Source: Eledone cirrhosa
Taxonomy: Eukaryota
DNA length: 64,000 nucleotides
Reading direction: 5' to 3'
Assembly (NCBI GenBank): GCA_964016885.1
Contig: OZ024741.1
Span: 407,836,001 to 407,900,000 of the forward strand
A program made the translations under genes and the position numbers. This document shows, piece by piece, positions 11,480-23,184 of this stretch (position 1 is its first letter; each line of letters starts with the position of its first letter). The notes beneath the pieces were generated by a model. The model made no database searches. It saw only the letters and a program-made list of their open reading frames with translations, and was not told where the DNA came from.

Positions 11480-14400
11480 TGGTACTGGTAGTGTTGGTGG
11501 TAGTGTTGGTACAGGTGGTAGTGTTGGTATTGGTGGTGTTGGTGGTAGTTTTGGTACTGGTGGTGTTGGTGGTAGTGTTGGTACTGGTGGTGTTGGTGGA
11601 AGTGTTGGTACTGGTGGTGTTGGTGGTAGTGTTGGTATTGGTGGTGTTGGTGGTAGTGTTGGTACTGGTGGTGTTGGTGGTAGTGTTGGTATTGGTGGTG
11701 ATGGTGGTAGTGTTGGTATTGGTGGTGTTGGTGGTAGTGTTGGTATTAGTGGTGTTGGTGGTAGTGTTGGTACTGGTGGTATTGGTGGTGGTGTTGGTAC
11801 TGGTACTTGTGGTGTTGGTGGTAGTGTTGGTACTGGTGGTGTTGGTGGTAGTGTTGATACTGGTGGTGTTGGTGGTAATGTTGGTATTGGTGGTGTAGGT
11901 GGTAGTGTTGTTACTGGTGGTGTTGGTCGTAGTGTTGGTGCTGGTGTGGTTGGTGGTAGTGTTGTTACTGGTACTGGTGGTGTTGGTGGTAGTGTTGGTA
12001 CTGGTATTGGTGGTGTTGGTGGTAGTGTTGGTACTGGTGGTGTTGGTGGTAGTGTTGGTACTGGTGGTGTTGGTGGTAGTGTTAGTACTGGTACTGGTGC
12101 TGTTGGTGATAGTGTTGGTATTGGTGGTGTTGGTGGTACTGTTGGTACTGGTGGTGTTGGTGTTAGTGTTGGTACTGGTGGTGTTGGTGGAAGTGTTGGT
12201 ACTGGTGGTGTTGGTGGTAGTGTTGGTATTGGTGGTGTTGGTGGTAGTGTTGGTACTGGTGGTGTTGGTGGTAGTGTTGGTGCTGGTATTGGTGGTGTTG
12301 ATGGTAGTGTTGGTACTGGTGGTGTTGGTGGTGGTGTTGGTGGTGGTGTTGGTGGTAGTTTTGTTTCTGGTGGTGTTGGTCGAAGTGTTGGTATTGGTGG
12401 TGTTGGTGGTAGTGTTGGTATTGGTGGTGTTGGTGGTAGTGTTGGTACTGGTGGTGTTGGTGGTAGTGGTGGTATTGGTGGTGTTGGTGGTAGTGTTGGT
12501 ATAGGTGGTGTTGGTGGTAGTGTTGGTACTGGTGGTGTTGGTGGTAGTGGTGGTATTGGTGGTGTTGGTGGTAGTGTTGGTATAGGTGGTGTTGGTGGTA
12601 GAGTTGGTAATGTTACTGGTGGTGTTGGTGGTAGTGTTGGTATTGGTGGTGTTGGTGGTAGTGTTGGTACTGGTGTTGTTGGTGGTAGTGTTGGTACTGG
12701 TGGTGTTGGTGGTAATGTTGGTATTGGTGGTGTTGGTGGTAGTGTTGGTACAGGTGCTGTTGATGGTTATTGTTGGTATTGGTGGTGTTGGTGGTAGTGT
12801 TGGTACTGGTGGTCTTGGTGGTAGTTGGTACTGGTGGTGTTGGTGGTAGTGTTGGTACTGGTGGTGTTGGTGGTAGTTGGTACTGGTGGTCTTGGTGGTA
12901 GTGTTGGTACTGGTGGTGTTGGTGGTAGTGTTGGTACTGGTACAGGTGGTGTTGGTGGTAGTGTTGGTACTGGTGGTGTTGGTGGTAGTGTTGGTACTAG
13001 TGGTGTTGGTGGTAGTGTTGGTACTGGTGGTGTTGGTGGTAGTGTTGGTACTGGTGGTGTTGGTGATAGTGTTGGTACTGGTGGTGTTGGTGGTAGTGTT
13101 GGCATTGGTGGTGTTGGTGGTGGTGTTGTTACTGGTGGTATTGGTGGTAGTGTTGGTGCTGGTGGTGTTGGTGGTAGTGTTGTTACCGGTGGTGTTGGTG
13201 GTGGTGTTGTTACTGGTACTGGTGGAGTTGGTGGAAGTGTTGGTACTGGTATTGGTAGTGTTGGTACTGGTGGTGTTGGTGGTAGTGTTAGTACTGGTAC
13301 TGGTGGTGTTGGTGATAGTGTTGGTATTGGTGGTGTTGGTGGTACTGTTGGTACTGGTGGTGTTGGTGGTAGTGTTGGTACTGGTGGTGTTGGTGGAAGT
13401 GTTGGTGCTGGTGGTGTAGGTGGTAGTGTTGGTATTGGTGGTGTTGGTGGTAGTGTTGGTACTGGTGGTGTTGGTGGTAGTGTTGGTAATGGTGGTGATG
13501 GTGGTAGTGTTGGTATTGGTGGTGTTGGTGGTAGTGTTGGTATTAGTGGTGTTGGTGGTAGTGTTGGTACTGGTGGTGTTGGTGGTGGTGTTGGTACTGG
13601 TACTGGTGGTGTTGGTGGTAGTGTTGGTACTGGTGGTGTTGGTGGTAGTGTTGGAACTGGTACTGGTGGTGGTAGTGTTGGTACTGGTGGTGTTGTTGGT
13701 AGTGTTGGTATTGGTGGTGTTGGTGGTAGTGTTGGTAATGGTCGTGTTGGTGGTAGTGTTGGTACTGGTGGTGTTGGTGGTAACGTTGGTACTGGTGGTG
13801 TTTGTGGTAGTGTTGGTACTGGTGGTTTGGTGGTAATATTGGTACAGGTAGTGTTGGTGGTAGTGTTGATACTGGTGGTGTGTGTGGTAGTGTTGGTACA
13901 GGTGGTGTTGGTGGTAGTGTTGGTACAGGTGGTGTTGGTGGTAGTGTTGGTACTGGTGGTGTTGGTGGTAGTGTTGGTACTGGTGGTGTTTGTGGTAGTG
14001 TTGGTACTGGTAGTTTGGTGGTAATATTGGTACAGGTAGTGTTGGTGGTAGTGTTGATACTGGTGGTGTGTGTGGTAGTGTTGGTACAGGTGGTGTTGGT
14101 GGTAGTGTTGGTACAGGTGGTGTTGGTGGTAGTGTTGGTACTGGTGGTGTTGGTGGTAGTGTTGGTACTGGTGGTGGTGGTGGTAGTGTTGGTACTGGTG
14201 GTGTTGGTGGTAGTGTTGGTATTGGTACTGGTGGTGTTAGTGGTAGTGTTGGTACTGGAGGTGTTGGTGGTAGTGTTGGTACTGGTGGTGTTGGTGTTTG
14301 TGTTGGCACTGGTGGTGTTGTTGGTAGTGTTGGTACTGGTACTGGTGGTGTTGGTGGTAGTGTTTGTACTTGTACTTGTGGTGTTGGTGGTAGTGTTGGT

Positions 14401-14900
14401 ACTGGTACTGTTTGTGTTGGTGGTAGTGTTGGTACTGGTACTGGTGGTGTTGGTGGTAGTGTTGGTAGTGGTACTGGTGGTGATGGTGGTAATATCTGTA
14501 CTGGTACTGGTGGTGTTGGTGGTAGTGTTGGTACTGGTGGTGTTGGTGGTACTGTTGGTACTGGTGGTGTTGGTGTTGGTGGTAGTGTTGATACTGGTGG
14601 TTATGGTGGTAGTGTTGGTACTGGTGGTGTTGGTGGTAGTGTTGGTACTGGTGGTGTTGGTGGTAGTGCTGGCACTGGTGGTGTTGGTGGTAGTGTTGGT
14701 ACTGGTGGTGTTAGTGGTAGTGTTGGCACTGGTGGTGTTGGTGGTAGTGTTGGTACTGGTGGTGTTGGTGGTAGTGTTGGTACTGGTGGTGTTGGTGGTA
14801 GTGTTGGTACTGGTGGTGTTGGTGGTAGTGTTGGTACTGGTGGTGTTGGTGGTAGCGTTGGTACTGGTGGTGTTGGTGGTAGTGTTGGTACTGGTAGTGT
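11480..14900. repeat. Higher-order block B, repeated at about 20945-23800 with internal deletions
   Basis: ORF pairs 11899/21364 and 12586/22051 and marker ACAGGTGGTAGT 11511/20976 have offset 9465. AATGGTCGT 13737/22659 and ORF starts 13880/22802 have offset 8922. Confidence 0.85.
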
Positions 14901-17900
14901 TGTTGGTAGTGTTGGTACTGGTGGTGTTGGTGGTAGTGTTGGTACTGGTGGTGTTGGTGGTAGTGTTGGTACTGGTGGTGTTGGTGGTAGTGTTGGTACT
15001 GGTAGTGTTGTTGGTAGTGTTGGTACTGGTAGTGTTGTTGGTAGTGTTGGTATTGGTGGTGTTGGTGGTAGTGTTGGTACTGGTGGTGTTGGTGGTAGTG
15101 TTGGTACTGGTGGTGTTGGTGGTAGTGTTGGTACTGGTGGTGTTGGTGGTAGCGTTGGTACTGGTGGTGTTGGTGGTAGTGTTGGTACTGGTAGTGTTGT
15201 TGGTAGTGTTGGTACTGGTGGTGTTGGTGGTAGTGTTGGTACTGGTGGTGTTGGTGGTAGTGTTGGTACTGGTGGTGTTGGTGGTAGTGTTGGTACTGGT
15301 GGTGTTTGTGGTAGTGTTGGTACTGGTGGTTTGGTGGTAATATTGGTACAGGTAGTGTTGGTGGTAGTGTTGATACTGGTGGTGTGTGTGGTAGTGTTGG
15401 TACAGGTGGTGTTGGTGGTAGTGTTGGTACAGGTGGTGTTGGTGGTAGTGTTGGTACTGGTGGTGTTGGTGGTAGTGTTGGTACTGGTGGTGGTGGTGGT
15501 AGTGTTGGTACTGGTGGTGTTGGTGGTAGTGTTGGTATTGGTACTGGTGGTGTTAGTGGTAGTGTTGGTACTGGAGGTGTTGGTGGTAGTGTTGGTACTG
15601 GTGGTGTTGGTGTTTGTGTTGGCACTGGTGGTGTTGTTGGTAGTGTTGGTACTGGTACTAGTGGTGTTGGTGGTAGTGTTTGTACTTGTACTTGTGGTGC
15701 TGGTGGTAGTGTTGGTACTGGTACTGTTTGTGTTGGTGGTAGTGTTGGTACTGGTACTGGTGGTGTTGGTGGTAGTGTTGGTAGTGGTACTGGTGGTGTT
15801 GGTGGTAGTATCTGTACTGGTTCTGGTGGTGTTGGTGGTAGTGTTGGTACTGGTGGTGTTGGTGGTACTGTTGGTACTGGTGGTGTTGGTGTTGGTGGTA
15901 GTGTTGATAGTGGTGGTTATGGTGCTAGTGTTGGTACTGGTGGTGTTGGTGGTAGTGTTGGTACTGGTGGTGTTGGTGGTAGTGCTGGCACTGGTGGTAT
16001 TGGTGGTAGTGTTGGTACTGGTGGTGTTAGTGGTAGTGTTGGTACTGGTGGTGTTGGTGGTAATGTTGGTATTGGTGGTGTTGGTGGTAGTGTTGGTACA
16101 GGTGCTGTTGATGGTTATTGTTGGTATTGGTGGTGTTGGTGGTAGTGTTGGTACTGGTGGTCTTGGTGGTAGTTGGTACTGGTGGTGTTGGTGGTAGTGT
16201 TGGTACTGGTGGTGTTGGTGGTAGTTGGTACTGGTGGTCTTGGTGGTAGTGTTGGTACTGGTGGTGTTGGTGGTAGTGTTGGTACTGGTACAGGTGGTGT
16301 TGGTGGTAGTGTTGGTACTGGTGGTGTTGGTGGTAGTGTTGGTACTAGTGGTGTTGGTGGTAGTGTTGGTACTGGTGGTGTTGGTGGTAGTGTTGGTACT
16401 GGTGGTGTTGGTGATAGTGTTGGTACTGGTGGTGTTGGTGGTAGTGTTGGCATTGGTGGTGTTGGTGGTGGTGTTGTTACTGGTGGTATTGGTGGTAGTG
16501 TTGGTGCTGGTGGTGTTGGTGGTAGTGTTGTTACCGGTGGTGTTGGTGGTGGTGTTGTTACTGGTACTGGTGGAGTTGGTGGTAGTGTTGGTACTGGTAT
16601 TGGTAGTGTTGGTACTGGTGGTGTTGGTGGTAGTGTTAGTACTGGTACTGGTGGTGTTGGTGATAGTGTTGGTATTGGTGGTGTTGGTGGTACTGTTGGT
16701 ACTGGTGGTGTTGGTGGTAGTGTTGGTACTGGTGGTGTTGGTGGAAGTGTTGGTGCTGGTGGTGTTGGTGGTAGTGTTGGTATTGGTGGTGTTGGTGGTA
16801 GTGTTGGTACTGGTGGTGTTGGTGGTAGTGTTGGTAATGGTGGTGATGGTGGTAGTGTTGGTATTGGTGGTGTTGGTGGTAGTGTTGGTATTAGTGGTGT
16901 TGGTGGTAGTGTTGGTACTGGTGGTGTTGGTGGTGGTGTTGGTACTGGTACTGGTGGTGTTGGTGGTAGTGTTGGTACTGGTGGTGTTGGTGGTAGTGTT
17001 GGAACTGGTACTGGTGGTGGTAGTGTTGGTACTGGTGGTGATGGTGGTAGCGTTGGTACTGGTGGTGTTTGTGGTAGTGTTGGTACTGGTGGTTTGGTGG
17101 TAATATTGGTACAGGTAGTGTTGGTGGTAGTGTTGATACTGGTGGTGTGTGTGGTAGTGTTGGTACAGGTGGTGTTGGTGGTAGTGTTGGTACAGGTGGT
17201 GTTGGTGGTAGTGTTGGTACTGGTGGTGTTGGTGGTAGTGTTGGTACTGGTGGTGTTTGTGGTAGTGTTGGTACTGGTGGTTTGGTGGTAATATTGGTAC
17301 AGGTAGTGTTGGTGGTAGTGTTGATACTGGTGGTGTGTGTGGTAGTGTTGGTACAGGTGGTGTTGGTGGTAGTGTTGGTACAGGTGGTGTTGGTGGTAGT
17401 GTTGGTACTGGTGGTGTTGGTGGTAGTGTTGGTACTGGTGGTGGTGGTGGTAGTGTTGGTACTGGTGGTGTTGGTGGTAGTGTTGGTATTGGTACTGGTG
17501 GTGTTAGTGGTAGTGTTGGTACTGGAGGTGTTGGTGGTAGTGTTGGTACTGGTGGTGTTGATGTTTGTGTTGGCACTGGTGGTGTTGTTGGTAGTGTTGG
17601 TACTGGTACTGGTGGTGTTGGTGGTAGTGTTTGTACTTGTACTTGTGGTGTTGGTGGTAGTGTTGGTACTGGTACTGTTTGTGTTGGTGGTAGTGTTGGT
17701 ACTGGTACTGGTGGTGTTGGTGGTAGTGTTGGTAGTGGTACTGGTGGTGATGGTGGTAGTATCTGTACTGGTACTGGTGGTGTTGGTGGTAGTGTTGGTA
17801 CTGGTGGTGTTGGTGGTACTGTTGGTACTGGTGGTGTTGGTGTTGGTGGTAGTGTTGATACTGGTGGTTATGGTGGTAGTGTTGGTACTGGTGGTGTTGG

Positions 17901-20470
17901 TGGTAGTGTTGGTACTGGTGGTGTTGGTGGTAGTGCTGGCACTGGTGGTGTTGGTGGTAGTGTTGGTACTGGTGGTGTTAGTGGTAGTGTTGGCACTGGT
18001 GGTGTTGGTGGTAGTGTTGGTACTGGTGGTGTTGGTGGTAGTGTTGGTACTGGTGGTGTTGGTGGTAGTGTTGGTACTGGTGGTGTTGGTGGTAGTGTTG
18101 GTACTGGTGGTGTTGGTGGTAGCGTTGGTACTGGTGGTGTTGGTGGTAGTGTTGGTACTGGTAGTGTTGTTGGTAGTGTTGGTACTGGTGGTGTTGGTGG
18201 TAGTGATGGTACTGGTGGTGTTGGTGGTAGTGTTGGTACTGGTGGTGTTGGTGGTAGTGTTGGTACTGGTAGTGTTGTTGGTAGTGTTGGTACTGGTAGT
18301 GTTGTTGGTAGTGTTGGTATTGGTGGTGTTGGTGGTAGTGTTGGTACTGGTGGTGTTGGTGGTAGTGTTGGTACTGGTGGTGTTGGTGGTAGTGTTGGTA
18401 CTGGTGGTGTTGGTGGTAGCGTTGGTACTGGTGGTGTTGGTGGTAGTGTTGGTACTGGTAGTGTTGTTGGTAGTGTTGGTACTGGTGGTGTTGGTGGTAG
18501 TGTTGGTACTGGTAGTGTTGTTGGTAGTGTTGGTACTGGTAGTGTTGTTGGTAGTGTTGGTACTGGTGGTGTTGGTGGTAGTGATGGTACTGGTGGTGTT
18601 GGTGGTAGTGTTGGTACTGGTGGTGTTGGTGGTAGTGTTGGTACTGGTAGTGTTGTTGGTAGTGTTGGTACTGGTAGTGTTGTTGGTAGTGTTGGTATTG
18701 GTGGTGTTGGTGGTAGTGTTGGTACTGGTGGTGTTGGTGGTAGTGTTGGTACTGGTGGTGTTGGTGGTAGTGTTGGTACTGGTGGTGTTGGTGGTAGCGT
18801 TGGTACTGGTGGTGTTGGTGGTAGTGTTGGTACTGGTAGTGTTGTTGGTAGTGTTGGTACTGGTGGTGTTGGTGGTAGTGTTGGTACTGGTGGTGTTGGT
18901 GGTAGTGTTGGTACTGGTGGTGTTGGTGGTAGCGTTGGTACTGGTGGTGTTGGTGGTAGTGTTGGTACTGGTGGTGTTGGTGGTAGTGTTGGTACTGGTA
19001 GTGTTGTTGGTAGTGTTGGTACTGGTAGTGTTGTTGGTAGTGTTGGTACTGGTGGTGTTGGTGGTAGTGATGGTACTGGTGGTGTTGGTGGTAGTGTTGG
19101 TACTGGTGGTGTTGGTGGTAGTGTTGGTACTGGTAGTGTTGTTGGTAGTGTTGGTACTGGTGGTGTTGGTGGTAGTGTTGGTACTGGTGGTGTTGGTGGT
19201 AGTGTTGGTACTGGTGGTGTTGGTGGTAGCGTTGGTACTGGTGGTGTTGGTGGTAGTGTTGGTACTGGTGGTGTTGGTGGTAGTGTTGGTACTGGTAGTG
19301 TTGTTGGTAGTGTTGGTACTGGTAGTGTTGTTGGTAGTGTTGGTACTGGTGGTGTTGGTGGTAGTGATGGTACTGGTGGTGTTGGTGGTAGTGTTGGTAC
19401 TGGTGGTGTTGGTGGTAGTGTTGGTACTGGTAGTGTTGTTGGTAGTGTTGGTACTGGTAGTGTTGTTGGTAGTGTTGGTATTGGTGGTGTTGGTGGTAGT
19501 GTTGGTACTGGTGGTGTTGGTGGTAGTGTTGGTACTGGTGGTGTTGGTGGTAGTGTTGGTACTGGTGGTGTTGGTGGTAGCGTTGGTACTGGTGGTGTTG
19601 GTGGTAGTGTTGGTACTGGTAGTGTTGTTGGTAGTGTTGGTACTGGTGGTGTTGGTGGTAGTGTTGGTACTGGTGGTGTTGGTGGTAGTGTTGGTACTGG
19701 TGGTGTTGGTGGTAGTGTTGGTACTGGTGGTGTTTGTGGTAGTGTTGGTACTGGTGGTTTGGTGGTAATATTGGTACAGGTAGTGTTGGTGGTAGTGTTG
19801 ATACTGGTGGTGTGTGTGGTAGTGTTGGTACAGGTGGTGTTGGTGGTAGTGTTGGTACAGGTGGTGTTGGTGGTAGTGTTGGTACTGGTGGTGTTGGTGG
19901 TAGTGTTGGTACTGGTGGTGGTGGTGGTAGTGTTGGTACTGGTGGTGTTGGTGGTAGTGTTGGTATTGGTACTGGTGGTGTTAGTGGTAGTGTTGGTACT
20001 GGAGGTGTTGGTGGTAGTGTTGGTACTGGTGGTGTTGGTGTTTGTGTTGGCACTGGTGGTGTTGTTGGTAGTGTTGGTACTGGTACTAGTGGTGTTGGTG
20101 GTAGTGTTTGTACTTGTACTTGTGGTGTTGGTGGTAGTGTTGGTACTGGTACTGTTTGTGTTGGTGGTAGTGTTGGTACTGGTACTGGTGGTGTTGGTGG
20201 TAGTGTTGGTAGTGGTACTGGTGGTGTTGGTGGTAGTATCTCTACTGGTTCTGGTGGTGTTGGTGGTAGTGTTGGTACTGGTGGTGTTGGTGGTACTGTT
20301 GGTACTGGTGGTGTTGGTGTTGGTGGTAGTGTTGATACTGGTGGTTATGGTGGTAGTGTTGGTACTGGTGGTGTTGGTGGTAGTGTTGGTACTGGTGGTG
20401 TTGGTGGTAGTGCTGGCACTGGTGGTATTGGTGGTAGTGTTGGTACTGGTGGTGTTAGTGGTAGTGTTGG
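12690..20470. repeat. Tandem duplication of a ~3.3 kb unit (about 12690-16040 and 16040-20470), second copy internally expanded
   Basis: ORF pairs 12767/16115 and 12825/16173 have offset 3348. Pairs 13880/17147 and 14068/17335 have offset 3267 (three monomers fewer). Pair 15384/19812 has offset 4428 (1161 bp more, equal to 43 monomers). Confidence 0.88.
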
Positions 20471-23184
20471 TACTGGTGGTGTTGGTGGTAGTGTTGGTAC
20501 TGGTGGTGTTGGTGGTAGTGTTGGTACTGGTGGTGTTGGTGGTAGCGTTGGTACTGGTGGTGTTGGTGGTAGTGTTGGTACTGGTAGTGTTGTTGGTAGT
20601 GTTGGTACTGGTGGTGTTGGTGGTAGTGTTGGTACTGGTGGTGTTGGTGGTAGTGTTGGTACTGGTGGTGTTGGTGGTAGTGTTGGTATTGGTGGTGTTG
20701 GTGGTAGTGTTGGTTCTGGTGGTGTTGGTGGTAGTGTTTCTACTGGTGGTGTTGGTGGTAGTGTTGGTACTGGTACTGGTAGTGTTGGTGGTTGTGTTGG
20801 TACTGGTGGTGTTGGTGGTAGTGTTGGTATTGGTGGTGTTGGTGGTAGTGTTGGTACTGGTACTGGTGGTGTTGGTGGTAGTGTTGGTACTGGTACTGGT
20901 AGTGTTGGTGGTTGTGTTGGTACTGGTGGTGTTGGTGGTAGTGTTGGTACTGGTAGTGTTGGTGGTAGTGTTGGTACAGGTGGTAGTGTTGGTATTGGTG
21001 GTGTTGGTGGTAGTTTTGGTACTGGTGGTGTTGGTGGTAGTGTTGGTACTGGTGGTGTTGGTGGAAGTGTTGGTACTGGTGGTGTTGGTGGTAGTGTTGG
21101 TATTGGTGGTGTTGGTGTTAGTGTTGGTACTGGTGGTGTTGGTGGTAGTGTTGGTATTGGTGGTGATGGTGGTAGTGTTGGTATTGGTGGTGTTGGTGGT
21201 AGTGTTGGTAATAGTGGTGTTGGTGGTAGTGTTGGTACTGGTGGTGTTGGTGGTGGTGTTGGTACTGGTACTTGTGGTGTTGGTGGTAGTGTTGGTACTG
21301 GTGGTGTTGGTGGTAGTGTTGATACTGGTGGTGTTGGTGGTAATGTTGGTATTGGTGGTGTAGGTGGTAGTGTTGTTACTGGTGGTGTTGGTCGTAGTGT
21401 TGGTGCTGGTGTGGTTGGTGGTAGTGTTGTTACTGGTACTGGTGGTGTTGGTGGTAGTGTTGGTACTGGTATTGGTGGTGTTGGTGGTAGTGTTGGTACT
21501 GGTGGTGTTGGTGGTAGTGTTGGTACTGGTGGTGTTGGTGGTAGTGTTAGTACTGGTACTGGTGCTGTTGGTGATAGTGTTGGTATTGGTGGTGTTGGTG
21601 GTACTGTTGGTACTGGTGGTGTTGGTGGTAGTGTTGGTACTGGTGGTGTTGGTGGAAGTGTTGGTACTGGCGGTGTTGGTGGTAGTGTTGGTATTGGTGG
21701 TGTTGGTGGTAGTGTTGGTACTGGTGGTGTTGGTGGTAGTGTTGGTGCTGGTATTGGTGGTGTTGATGGTAGTGTTGGTACTGGTGGTGTTGGTGGTGGT
21801 GTTGGTGGTGGTGTTGGTGGTAGTGTTGTTTCTGGTGGTGTTGGTGGAAGTGTTGGTATTGGTGGTGTTGGTGGTAGTGTTGGTATTGGTGGTGTTGGTG
21901 GTAGTGTTGGTACTGGTGGTGTTGGTGGTAGTGGTGGTATTGGTGGTGTTGGTGGTAGTGTTGGTATAGGTGGTGTTGGTGGTAGTGTTGGTACTGGTGG
22001 TGTTGGTGGTAGTGGTGGTATTGGTGGTGTTGGTGGTAGTGTTGTTATAGGTGGTGTTGGTGGTAGAGTTGGTAATGTTACTGGTGGTGTTGGTGGTAGT
22101 GTTGGTATTGGTGGTGTTGGTGGTAGTGTTGGTACTGGTGGTGTTGGTGGTAGTGTTGGTACTGGTGGTGTTGGTGGTAGTGTTAGTACTGGTACTGGTG
22201 GTGTTGGTGATAGTGTTGGTATTGGTGGTGTTGGTGGTATTGTTGGTACTGGTGGTGTTGGTGGTAGTGTTGGTACTGGTGGTGTTGGTGGTAGTGTTGG
22301 TACTGGTGGTGTTGGTGGAAGTGTTGGTGCTGGTGGTGTTGGTGGTAGTGTTGGTATTGGTGGTGTTGGTGGTAGTGTTGGTATTGGTGGTGTTGGTGGT
22401 AGTGTTGGTAATGGTGGTGATGGTGGTAGTGTTGGTATTGGTGGTGTTGGTGGTAGTGTTGGTATTAGTGGTGTTGGTGGTAGTGTTGGTACTGGTGGTG
22501 TTGGTTGTGGTGTTGGTACTGGTACTGGTGGTGTTGGTGGTAGTGTTGGTACTGGTGGTGTTGGTGGTAGTGTTGGAACTGGTACTGGTGGTGGTAGTGT
22601 TGGTACTGGTGGTGTTGTTGGTAGTGTTGGTATTGGTGGTGTTGGTGGTAGTGTTGGTAATGGTCGTGTTGGTGGTAGTGTTGGTACTGGTGGTGTTGGT
22701 GGTAGCGTTGGTACTGGTGGTGTTTGTGGTAGTGTTGGTACTGGTGGTTTGGTGGTAATATTGGTACAGGTAGTGTTGGTGGTAGTGTTGATACTGGTGG
22801 TGTGTGTGGTAGTGTTGGTACAGGTGGTGTTGGTGGTAGTGTTGGTAATGGTCGTGTTGGTGGTAGTGTTGGTACTGGTGGTGTTGGTGGTAGTGTTGGT
22901 ACTGGTGGTGTTTGTGGTAGTGTTGGTACTGGTGGTTTGGTGGTATTATTGGTACAGGTAGTGTTGGTGGTAGTGTTGGTACAGGTGGTGTTGGTGGTAG
23001 TGTTGGTACTGGTGGTGTTGGTGGTAGTGTTGGTACTGGTGGTGGTGGTGGTAGTGTTGGTACTGGTGGTGTTGGTGGTAGTGTTGGTATTGGTACTGGT
23101 GGTGTTAGTGGTAGTGTTGGTACTGGAGGTGTTGGTGGTAGTGTTGGTACTGGTGGTGTTGGTGTTTGTGTTGGCACTGGTGGT

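Noticed and set aside
6348-13830. Introns or programmed frameshifts rescuing one continuous protein
   Set aside because: GT and AG dinucleotides occur in every monomer and so carry no information. I saw no distinct intron-like segments or slippery heptamers at the shifts. This cannot be supported without transcript data.
17978-20053. His/Gln/Tyr-rich minus-strand ORFs as metal-binding proteins
   Set aside because: This is an alternative frame of the same repeat. It is broken by common variants such as GTTAGT and GTTACT, which give TAA.
17335-22961. Gly-rich SVGTGGVGG ORFs as PE-PGRS, silk, elastin or collagen-like genes
   Set aside because: NNT codons cannot be stops, so the open frame is uninformative. 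There is no PE domain, no terminal domain and no sustained Gly-X-Y register. Most variants are non-synonymous in this frame, and frameshifts are frequent.
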